A stretch of 64,000 nucleotides of DNA from a virus. The position numbers were made by a program, and so were the translations under genes. This document shows, piece by piece, positions 35,734-47,700 of the stretch (within the stretch, counting starts at the first letter, position 1; the number at the start of each line of letters is the position of its first letter). The notes below the pieces were generated by a model. That model was given only the letters and a program-made list of their open reading frames with translations. It was not told where the DNA came from and made no database searches. Where the stretch lies: IMG/VR virus record IMGVR_UViG_3300032431_000001, positions 1 to 64,000 of that record. One strand, 5' to 3'.

Positions 35734-38700
35734 ATGTCCGACCAGTATGGCTTAGAGTCGAATTTTAAATTTGCTGCTTCCAGTAACTCGTTCTCGCAGA
35801 TGGATCGGGTGATTGCGCTGTTGGAAGGAATCGAACAGGCTACAAAAGAGACGGCTCAGACGATCGCCAGTACGAGCCTGGGCAAAGATTTAATGAAGTC
35901 ACTCAACGCCGATGGGGTGAAGCGGGCAAGCAAAGATATTCAGGGTGCGACCAAGAAGATTGGGAACGCGCTCAGTCCTTTGAAGACTGAATTTAGAGCA
36001 TTACGGGCGGAGTCTCGAAATATTGATTTCGGTGAAATGACGGACACGAGGCAGTTCAAGAAGGCGTCAAATGAAGTTAGCGCATACATTAAAAAGTTAA
36101 AGGAATTAGAGAAGCAAATAACGGGAACCGAGCCTGCCGATCGCGAGTTCAAGGCTGGTCTGCGATCACAGCAACGGACTGCGGGCGACAAAGTAAAAAT
36201 GGCAAAGGCGAACCGAGATGCGTCGATGGCGTCAGAACGACTGGGATTCTCGCAGGCGATCCAGGGTGGTGGACAAAGTGTGCTTGATGTGTTTGCCACC
36301 CCACTTGAATCTGCGATGGAATTGCAGAAGAGTATGGCCGGTGTGAAGAAGCTGGCCGGTGACATTAGCGAAGGCGGTAATCGGTTACTGCAAAATGAAG
36401 TTTTTAATTTATCTGCAAGATTAGGTGTTGAAGATACAAAAGTTAGTGCAATCTTTGAAGATTTAGCCGGTTCTGGTAAACAGTTTGGCGATCAGATGGG
36501 TGGCATTGGAACCCGGATCGCAGAAGTTGAGCAAATTTTAAAAAATCAACAGGCTCTTGATGTCTCTGGTGGCGCTGCAACGCAATTAGACGTAACACTG
36601 GGTTCTATTTATAAAAATTTAGTATCTAAAGATCCGCAGGCGATCGTTGAATTGAACGCAAGAGTCGCATCTAGTATCAATCAACTTGCAGATAAATTGA
36701 GCGATGTGCGGATTTCCGCAGAAGACGTTATCCCTGTAATGAACGTCGTGATGAACACCGTTGGTGACGCTGCCAATTTTCCCATTGATCAGATCGCAGC
36801 CTATTCTGCGGCGATCGCCTCGCTCGGAACTATTGAACCAGAGGCTGCGGGTTCGTTCTTCAACCGCCTGGGCGCCAAGATGTCAGAAAACACAAAGGCT
36901 TTTGCTGGCGCGTTAAATATGGACGTTGAGGATTTTGAAAAAGCATTAAATACTGACAAATTAGGTGTTGTTACAAAAGTAGCCGAAGCCTATAAAAACG
37001 TTCAAGGTGGAGAGCTTAAACAAGGTGCTTTCTTTAAGTCTATCGGAGTTGGATCTGTACAAGACCAGAAACTTTTACAGGGACTTGCCAACAATATAGA
37101 CACCCTAAAAAGTGCCAGTGTCGTTGCCAAAGGCGGCTTCTTTGGTAAAGATATTTTAGAGTTAGTAGACCCAAAAACTGGCAAAAAAGTCATGAGCTTG
37201 GGTAAAGATTTAGGAGAGTTATCAATTGATCATGAAATCGGGGAGGTAATGAAAACGGCTTACTTCCAAACCACAAGATTTGACACATCAGTGGGTGCGC
37301 TTATGAGTACCTTGGGGATTGCTTGGTTAAAAGTAATTACACCACTTAAAGCTCTTGGTGCCGATATTGCTGGTGTACTTTTAAAGGTTACTCAAGCCGC
37401 TCCTGAGCTGACAACGGCTTTAACTGTTCTAGTCGTTGGATTCGCCACGTTAGCGGCAATGGCTGGAACTGCTGGTGTTGCTTTATTTGGGTTCCAACAA
37501 GCACAGGCGATCGCCGCAACCGCAGCGATCGGAATGCAGCACAGTCTAATTCCGTTAACCGGGTTTTTTGAGACGGCGATGACCGGGTTTAAGGGGACAA
37601 ATCCTTGGACGGGCGTGTTTCGGCAGTCAACGGTACTAGCTGATGAATTTACAGTTGCGGCGAACGGTGCAAAGGGTTTGGTTGGTGGTGAATTGCGAAC
37701 TGCATTTATTGCGCTGCGTGCTCAAGTCATGATGACAAGCCAAGCCGCGTTGAGTATGGGGCGGGCATTCCTGTTGTCGCCGCTAGGGTTGGCGATCGGA
37801 TCGTTCTTGCTGTTTGATCAATTACTCCAACGGGCAAATCCTAAAGTGCGACTGCTCGGAACCTTGTTCAGCTTGTTTAGTTCCGCAGCCGGTTTTGCGT
37901 TTGGAATTCTCGAAGGCTTTGTCGGTGCGTTTCTCGAATTGTTGAAAGTTCCTGCTGGGGCTGCGGGTGGATTACTGTCTGCGCCATTTACTGCAATCTC
38001 CCAAGCTTTAGAGTTTGCGATGGAAAGTTTCAAAAACTGGGAGCGATCGGGAAAGCATATTGGTGAAAGTATTTTCAATATTTTGGCGAGTCCCTTTATT
38101 CTTGCAGCTAGCGCAACTGCCGGAGCGTGGGACAAGACAATCTCATTTATCGCCGGATTGTTAAAACCACTAGCCGACCTTGCCGCCTACATCGGTTACT
38201 TCATTCAAGGTTCTTTATCGGAGCATTCACCCGGACCTACTTCGATGATTCGACTTAAATGGGCGATCACAGCAGCATCCGTCGTCGGTAGCTTTCTGAT
38301 GATGCAAGTCTCGTCAGCAATAACTGGTTTAAAAATACGAGAAGCGATGGGCGCGGCCGCAGCCTGGGTGGTCACAAATTGGCAAGCGTCTGTCGAGAAA
38401 GTTACTAATTTCTTTGCCGGATTAACTTTACCTGACACGCTCACCAACTTTGCCACAGAAATAGGCAACGCTTGGAACAACACTTTCGGAATGATGACGA
38501 GTGGTTGGCTTAGTTTTGTGGATACCTTTACATCGACAACACCTAATTTTGGCGGGTTAGCGATGGCAGGTATGGCGGCGATGCAGCCTCTCATTGCTTG
38601 GGGGTTGCCTGACATTGTTTCCGATGGTTTTGACAAAGTGACGCAACCCCGATCGCCCGCAACCGCTCCCAAAATACTTCCTCCCACAACACCTCCACAG

Positions 38701-41700
38701 CAGTCGGAACCGATCGCCCAAATAGCAGAGCAGGTAACAGTTCAGGCGCAAGAAATCCAGACAATCTGGCAACAAATGTGGATCTGGATAGGAGACAAAG
38801 CACAACAAGGACTGGATCGCGTTCGAGGGGCGATTACAACAAATCTCGGTGCGGGGACACTCGCGTTTTTAGACAAAATTGGTGCGATCACTAGCGACAC
38901 TATACAAAACGTCACTGATGCGTTTAATCGATTCGCGGTTGAAGGGGCTACAGGAATTCAAGTTGCTGTTGGTGTCGGTTTTGCGCTGTTTGAACTTGTC
39001 AAGGGGCTGGGGGTTGTAAGCACAGTCTTTATGGACGCGGAAGGCGGTTTTTTCCATACCGCAATTGAGAATTTCAATTTGCTTGGTTTCTCCGCGTTGC
39101 TCGCCTCGTCGATGCTAATGAGTTTGGTGACCGTGCCGTTTGAAGCACTCAAAAACCTACCGCTTTTCTTTGGCACGATCGTCAGTGGTGTTACATCAGT
39201 TTTTGGACTCGGCAACGAAAAACTCTTAGAAGAAGGCGCAAGTAAATACGTTAGCTTCCTCAAGGTGTTCGATCGCCCAGGAATAGGAACTGCTATCGCC
39301 AAAGGTTTGCCAGGACTTGTCGCAGTTTTGATGGGCTTGAACGTCTTCAATCACCTAACAACAGACTGGACTGCGACGCTAATTGATTGGTCTAATCGTT
39401 TACCTGAGTTGCTATCGGGAACTGTTAACATAATTTTTCCAGCCGGACAGATGCGCGATGACGTGAATGTCGTACTAGGCGAGGTTGGTGGAATGCTGGC
39501 ATCCTTCTGGCAAGAGTTGGCCAGTTCTGCCGAGCGGGTAGGTGATTTTATTAAACCGATATTTGAGGCGATCGCCTCAATGAAAATTTTAACGATTCCC
39601 CAACTATTTGCAAACTACATGGGATTCGGCGAGGCGATGCAGCCCGTAACCGACTTCTTCCATAGCTTACCTCTACTGGGGATGCCGATGGGAGAATTTG
39701 TTGTAATTGAAGCTGCGGTCAGCGCATTTTTTGACGTACTTAAAAGCCCAACGCTTGCAGGATTTGTTGGTTTTCTGACTGGACCTTTGTTTAAAGCCGT
39801 CGTCGCAGTCGGTGCTGTATTCATAAATCTCGGTCGCACGATCGGCACCGCTTTTGTTGGGTTGCCGTTTGCGATGATTGCTGTCGCAATTAAAAATGCG
39901 GCAACTACTGGTGGAGATACAATCAAAGGAAGTTTGATAGCTCCGATTAAAACGTTCATCGTTGAACAGGCGAAACTTATTCCTGGCTTGATTTCTGCCG
40001 GCGTAACACAACTACTCAATCTTATACGGCAGATCCCGATAATCGGTAATTTTGTTGGCAACGCACTTGAAGTGGCGATCGGTGGGATCAGTAAGTTATT
40101 CGGACTGGCAGGAGAAGCGTTGCCTGGGTATCTTGGGATGCTGCGAAGCGAATTGAATATTCTTGGCACGGCACTCCGGGGTTTGTTACCTGTATTTGCT
40201 GCGGTGGGATTAAGTCTCGTCGCCGGCGGTAAGTACATCATCAATGAAGCTCTCAAACCGCTGCTGGATGCGATCGGATTTATCGGAGGCGGAGGCTTCA
40301 ATAAACTCTACATTCAGACAAAAGGGATGCAGGGTGTCACAAAAGGAGTCAACCCAGTTGACTTAGGCCTTGCAATGATGGATGACGCTCTCGTACAGCT
40401 TCAATCTAAGTTCGGTATGTTTGACGGACTTGAAGGTACCGCGCGGGAGACAGCGATGAAAGCTTCTCGACCGATCCGAAACGTGATGATGGGCATCTAC
40501 GAAACATACAGGATTTCAGCAAAAGATGTTGGTGCTAAAGTCGCAGGAGCTTCTGGGCAGCTTGGGAACGCGGTGGTGACAGCGACCGAAGAAATATTCC
40601 CGATCAGTATCTTAGGTCAAAAAATTAACCGTGTCCGCAAAGCGTATTTGGGAGGAATTGACCAAATGCGGTACGCGAAGGGATACGACAGAAAATTCGG
40701 ATTAGGGGCAATCAATGAAGGGCTTATTATGTTTAGACTGGTCGCCCCGTCAGTCATACAGCTTCTATCACGGCTTGCGTTCACTTGGATGACTTATTAC
40801 ACAGTCTTAGATGCAATTAAGCCTGCGCTACTCGACAATATCGACACATTTGCTAGAACGCATAAGCAGTTAGGCGTATTTGCTAACGTCATTTTCGTGA
40901 TCACGGGCGCGATTAGGATATTACGTTTTGCGTTAGTCGATAGCGTCAACACTGTTGTTGCTTTCGCTGTCGGCTTCTTTCAAGCGTTTCAATCACTTGC
41001 ACCGATCGCCGGGAAAGCTGCCGGAATTATCGCTTACGGTATCGGGCTGATCATTAAAGGTGCGACTCTAGGGGTGCAGATTTTAGGGGCTGTGTTGCTA
41101 CTGCCTGTTATTGCGATCAGTAAAGTAATGCAGGGAGTTTTAATTGCTGTTAAGTACGTTACTCAGCAAATAGCAGCCGAAGTTATGTCGATTATTGATG
41201 TCTTTGTAGACCTCGGGTCTGCAATATTGAAGGGCGATGTGCTTGGAGCTTTTTGGGCGATCGGTAGATTGATTCCGACCATTATTCAGGTTGTTGTAGG
41301 GATCGGCTTTTTTAAACTTGGCCGTTTTGTCGCTGCGGGTATGATTGCACTTGCGGGTGTGGTTTGGCGAATCGCCATTGACGGAATCTCGTTGCTAATT
41401 TTTAAGGTAATTCCTTACGTTGCAAAGAAAGCTTATGAGATCGGGTGGGCGATCATTTTAGGGATTGTCTGGGGAGCGCAGGCAGGATTTAAATTGTTAA
41501 TTACAACAATTTTGACAGTATTTAACATTCTAGATCAGTCTTTGATAGCAGTCGGGAATAATGTCGCCAAAGGAATGGGTATTGCATTAACAACATTTAA
41601 CCAGATGCGACAGTTTGGTGCGGGCGCTCTTGCTTTATTTGCTAGCTTTGTCTGGGTGTTGGTTTCTGTTAACGCACAAATACATTTTGTCGGCATTGGG

Positions 41701-44700
41701 TTTACATGGTTGCTTTCACTAATGGGTGGGACGGTTAGCCTGCCGATTGTCGCAGCGTTAGTGCTTGCAGCACTTTTAATATGGCAAGTAACAGATGGAT
41801 TCAAAGAACTTGACGCGATAATCAGCGCACTCAACCATCCTGTACAGTGGCTGCAAGACAGTATGTCGAACATAGCAAAGACATTTTCAGGTGGAATCAA
41901 TACTGACTGGATCGCCTTCTTTGTAGAAAAACTAATCCGCGTCATCCCGATCGTTCTCGGCGGCATATTCTTGCTCGGTTTCGCAGTTAAGAAGCACATC
42001 TTTGGCGGATTTATGCTGGTTTGGGATGTCGTCAAAGGTATCGCTAATAGTTTGATCAATGTTGTGCGATCGGCAAAGGCGATCCCAGGGGCGGTGATGG
42101 GTATTGGCACGGAAGGACGGATTTTAGAAGGTGTTCACAAAACTAGATCGACTCTAGGTCTCTACAAAGATCCACAGTCAAAAGACGCACGGGAGAATGA
42201 GTTTAAACTTGCCAAAGAGTCTGCGATGTTCAAAGACAAAGTGATTGCCAATTCTCAAGCGCAAATTTATACGCTAGCACGGGAGCAGAAGACGGATTAT
42301 GGACATTTGGCGGAAGAAGTTGAGACTACGAAGGGAGGCTTCTTCGGAATTGGAGCAAGCAAACAAAAAAAATGGCAATTGACAGGGGCGGGTGAAGAAT
42401 TCCATCAAAAAAGATTGGCGGAAACGCTTGAAGTGAAGACGGGAGTATTCGACGACAAATCATTAAAAGATGTAGCTAAAAGCGTCTCGCCAGCACGTCT
42501 CGGCATGATGCAGGGTGAAGAATTGCGGGCAATTTTTACAAAAGATCGCCCCGATTTAGCAGCCTTGGGACGCGCACTAGAGACGGTCAAAACTCAGAAT
42601 GTTGCGGTAATGAATGTCGCCAGAATGAATGGCGGTGACTCTTCTAGCAAAGATACAAGTATTGGCAAAATTAAGTACAGCAGAGGGGAACTTGAAGGGT
42701 TAAACGTTAAAGGCTTAGAGAGCGGGCAGGATAGTTTTGGAGTATCCGAACTCGGCGTTGCTCAAATAATAAAAGCACTTAAGGGATTAAACGTTCCCGC
42801 AGAACAGATGACCGATAATTATACTTCTCTCAACTCTATAACACAAAATACGAAAAAGTTTATAGCTCGGTTGCTTCAGTTTCAACTTGCAGCAGCAAGT
42901 GGAAAAATAGACAACAAAGCAGCTACGGGTGTGGCAAGTGTCTCGCACTTACAGGATCAATTTAAACTCGATACTGTAGATAGAAGCAAAATAGGAGATC
43001 CGGCTCAGTTTCACGAATTGATGAAAGACAAAGTTGCGGTACTGGAAGATGCGATGCGAAATGGGAGTCATGCTGCGCTACAAGGTTTCGATTTCAATGA
43101 TGTGGCGAATCAGTTGAAAGACTCAACTGGCGAGAGTGATTATCAGTTACGTTTAAAAGGTGTTCTCGAAAGCATGATGGCGCATCAGTTAAAAACAGTA
43201 GAGAATACGTTCAACCAGACACCTACCATTTTTGAGACAGAAGCCTCTAGGCTACGAAGTATTACAGGAGAAACGCCGAGCAAAATTTCGCACGGATTGA
43301 AGGGGATTTTTTCAGATGTTATGAGCGGTATTGGACAAGCTTTTACTAATGCCGCCAAGAAACTTCCCGGTATTAATGATAGTTTGTCGAGTGAAGCTCT
43401 GCGGGCGATCGATCGCCAGGTAGCGGGTGTTGCACCTTTAGCAGATCAAAGAGCGCAAGATTCAAGGCGATCGAAACTCGAAGCAGCGCAGCGTCAATTG
43501 CGCGAAGGTCAGTTAAATTCTGAGAAACAGCAGCAAGTTTTACAAAACATTGCGAATTTGATACAACGTGATGTTTACGAGTTGACGCACCCGACAATGA
43601 ATCCAGAGCAACTTCGCGCGCGCGTTGATCGGGCAAAAACGGAGCGCGAAAAGCTATTTAATGGGATGCGGGGTGGTAACAAATCTTTGGAGCAATGGAT
43701 CTCTCGATTCACAGCAGAAGAACAACGGGCGATCTCTCAGCAGATCAAGGAAGGTCGTTTTCGAGGTGGCGCATTGACCACCAGAGGAGTGGATCGGACG
43801 GTAACAGAAGGGACTCGGCGGGTGACTACGCCTACTTACGTCAATAACGAGGCGAGCTTAGCTCAAGCGCTGGGTTATGAAAACATTAAGCAAGTAGAGC
43901 AAGCTTTTTCTACGGATACGATACTAGAAAATGCCAAGCGAAGCTGGGGTGAACAGCTTAGACTTCTTGTTGGTATTGGTGACGATGCTAATACCTACAA
44001 CAAGCAAGTTGACGCTCTTCGCGCCCAAATAGACCAGCGTGTGAAAAGGCAGACTTCGGGATTTGCGGAACGAGAATCCCGACGAAACGCGGCTATGGCA
44101 AATCGGGAATCCGGCTTTCTCGCTCAGTTAAACCAAGTTGGCAGGAGTCGCGCAGATTTTACTACAAGACTCAACGCTACACAACAAAAAACTTTTGAAG
44201 ATTTTCTAAAGACAGGAAAACTGCAAACAGCAACATCGGATGATCAGTTCAAGGTCATGGGTAAGGAATTTGGCTTTGCCGACAACGATGCTGGCATGAA
44301 ATCTTTTAAGGACTTTCAATCAGAATTAGGGAAAGCTGAAAACAAAAATATTGCTGAATACTTTAGAACGGCGTTAGTGGACGATCCGGGAAAACTTAGA
44401 GGCAGAGGCTCTTCTTTTGTCGCGGCAGACGGCACTCAAGTAAACGATCCCAACGAGAGGATAAAAGAGTTAATAAGAAATGCTACTCCGCCAGAGGGAC
44501 GTATGGCGGCACACGATCAGTTGGACAGGCTAAGTGCAAATAGACGGCGAAGTAGTGGAAATCCCGATACAACGAGAGTGTGGGAAAGTGCGATCGACTA
44601 CCTCGCGACAGGTCGTGCGACTACGGATTTAACAGTTGAACAAATTGCAGAGATTGGTCGCGCGATGGAACTGGAAGGTGATAACGAATCTGTTGCAATG

Positions 44701-47700
44701 CAATTGCGTTCGATCGCTAATCAAAGGAATACAGGATTCGGTGCTATTACTGACAGTATCAAGCGTTTTCTCAAAAATATAGAAGTCGATGCTGAAAGTG
44801 TAGAAGAATATATTCATAATAGATTAGTGGACATGAGTTCACTTAGCGCGTTTGGTGGTCACCCTTTAGCAACGGTTAGCGATATCCTGCGAAACGTATT
44901 ATTCGAGCCAATAGTATCTTTAGTAAAAGGAACTTGGATGTGGCTGGGAAATGCAATTAATAGTATTGGTACAAATGCTGCTGCGCTAAGAACGAGAGCG
45001 ACAGGCTTGTTAACTTCATTGCCAGGTGTTAGAACTTTTGCACAGGCGAGGCAGCGGCGCGAAACCGATCGCCAAAGCAGCTTGCAAAGTCTAAGCGCCA
45101 AAATGGGCTACGAAAACCAAGAGAAATTTGCAGAAGAGTTCAAAAAAGCCTTGATTACTAGAGGTATTACCGAAGGGCGCTTACAGAATAAAGCGCTGCA
45201 AGCGGTACTCAATAGCAGGCGATCGAAAGGCGTTGCCGAAACGTTGCGGACGAGTCGTTTCCAGGAAGTTCAAGATAGTAGTCGGCAAATCGGTGAAGCT
45301 TTGGCTGCGACACTCGGACTCAATGGCAGTCCTCAAGAAATTGCAAACCTGTTAGCGCCGGGTGGATTCACTACTAGGGCGATCGCCCCTCTGAGAAACT
45401 ATTTCCTTAAAGCTGTAATTCCTGCGGTTGTTGATGTTGGGTTAGCACCTTTGAAACTGATCTGGGGAATTGTCCGCAATCCTGGTCTATCGTTGGCCGC
45501 GATCAAAACCAAGACCGGTCAAATCGCAGATGCTGTTTCTGATTTCATGGTTTCCTCATATACGACAATTCGTAGGGTATTCTCTTTCGCAGCAACGCAA
45601 CTTGGTAAGGTTCCGCTGTTTAGCAGGATCTGGGGTGCAGTTTCGGGATTCTTCGGCAAGATTGCCTCGAAGATTCAGGGCATGGCTGCACCGGCTTCGA
45701 CTCAAAGACTGCGCGAAGTACAGACTCAACGGCACGTGGCCGCGCGCGAAGCTGCGCTTGTATCCGCTCGCGCCGGTGACATTGAACCAGATCAAATAGG
45801 CCGTGTCGCTGGTGTAGCAGAAGAATCGGGTACTGGAGTAATAGGGAGGCTTAACGAGCAAATCGGCAGGCTGTCTCAGTTCCGCGCTCAAGAAGTTGCG
45901 CGCCTCAACCCATTCCAGAAATTGCTAATTTTTGCTACAACAGCCGCTAGAGGCGCTAAAAATGCCTGGGCGCAAACAGCAGAAGAGATTTCTGAAGGTG
46001 GCTGGCGCGGATTGATCTCTCGGTTTAAGCGCATCGGCTACTTACTGAAGCGGAACATATCGGAAGGATCACCCGGACCTTCTGCTGACACCCGCGAGAA
46101 CTGGGAACGCACTCAGCAGGCTGTCGGACAGAACATGGGAGAGATTGCTAACAGCGCACACGTTGCCGGTCAGCAAATCCAAGGAGATATGCAGCGCACG
46201 GCGCGTCGTTCTGCTGGATTCTTGGGTGCGATCGGTGGGGCGGTTCATGGTATGGGCAAGGCGGGTATGGCGATCGGTGGAGCTGTTACTGCTATTGGTT
46301 TCGCCGCGCAAACTGCTAGTTACTCCCTTGTTAATATGGGACTAATTGATGAAGCTAGTGCTGCGAAACTCAATAAATTCCTAGAAATTTTCACACTCAT
46401 GGGTGCAGTCGGTGGATTACTGGCTCCCGTGATGGGCGCGATCGGAGCCAGTGTTGGGGCGATCGGTTGGGCGTTTGCTTTGATATTTAACCCAGTCACT
46501 TTAACGATCGCCGCAATTACTGGTGGACTATTCCTAATTAACGAAGGATTGAAGCGATTCGCCGGAATTGATTTGCTAGGCCCGCTACTGACAAATGTGC
46601 AGCAACCATTCCAAGGGGTGATCTCCTTTATCCAGGGAAAGATTGATGAAGTGTTTGCATGGATGATGGACAAATTTGGTACGCAATTGAGTCCTATTCT
46701 TGAACCAATGAATATTGCGGTTGAGCAAATCAAAGGAGCATGGCAGGGCTTTGTGGACTGGTTTACTGCGATGCCCCTGGTACAAACGGCGATCGATATT
46801 GGAACCGGACTTATTAATGCGCTAAATCACAACCCTACAGATCAGATTCCGCTGGCATGGGAAGGCGCTGTCGAACAAATCAAAGGGATGTTATTCGGCT
46901 TGCCATTTGTTGGCGACTTTATCGCCAGTCTTCTTGAGGATTCATTAGATCCAGGTAAGATTCTCGGCAACCTATTCAGTGGTTTTGGTGGTAAAAAAGT
47001 CAAAACAGAAATTCCAGTAGAAGCTGGTGTGAAATTAAATTATAAAGATGCGTTGGAATCTGCGGTACGCCAAGCAGATTTTGACGCGCGATCTGGTTCC
47101 GCTAGCGCTCAAGCAGCATCCGCTAATTTGCAGTACCAGCTAAAAACGACTGGCGGACAGATGACGGCAGATCAACTTGGCGCAGCATACCAGGGGCCTG
47201 GTGGTGAATTCTTGCAAAAGGCGATCGCCAAAGAGAACAATCGCCTGTTCGTAGATCAAGGAATAGCAGCCAAGGAAAAACGGGAAAGTTTACAGCAGGA
47301 TCTGAAAGCACTGAACCAGCAAGAGGTCACTCTGCAAACGCAATACGCAGAGGCGATCGGGCAAGTCCAAGTTGCAGCAGCTAAATCAGCGCCAACCAAC
47401 TTCTTCCAAAGCTTGCTAGGTGGTAGTAGTGTCAGCACTCTTACTGCTCAAGCTGCGACCGTCTCGCAGTCAATGACGAGACTACAAACAGAGCGAGAGG
47501 AACTTGAGAAAAAAATAACAGACACAAGTTTTACGTTTGATTCTGGAACAGATCGAATGCTTAAAAATATGGGAATTGATCCGGCAGGGTTGAAAGTTGC
47601 GGTTGCAGAGGGCAAGGTGGCGATCGCCACGGGAATCAAGGAAGTCGGTTTGGCTGTATCAGATCGCTGGCGCTACCTAGAAAGAAGCGGTGGTGGAAAT

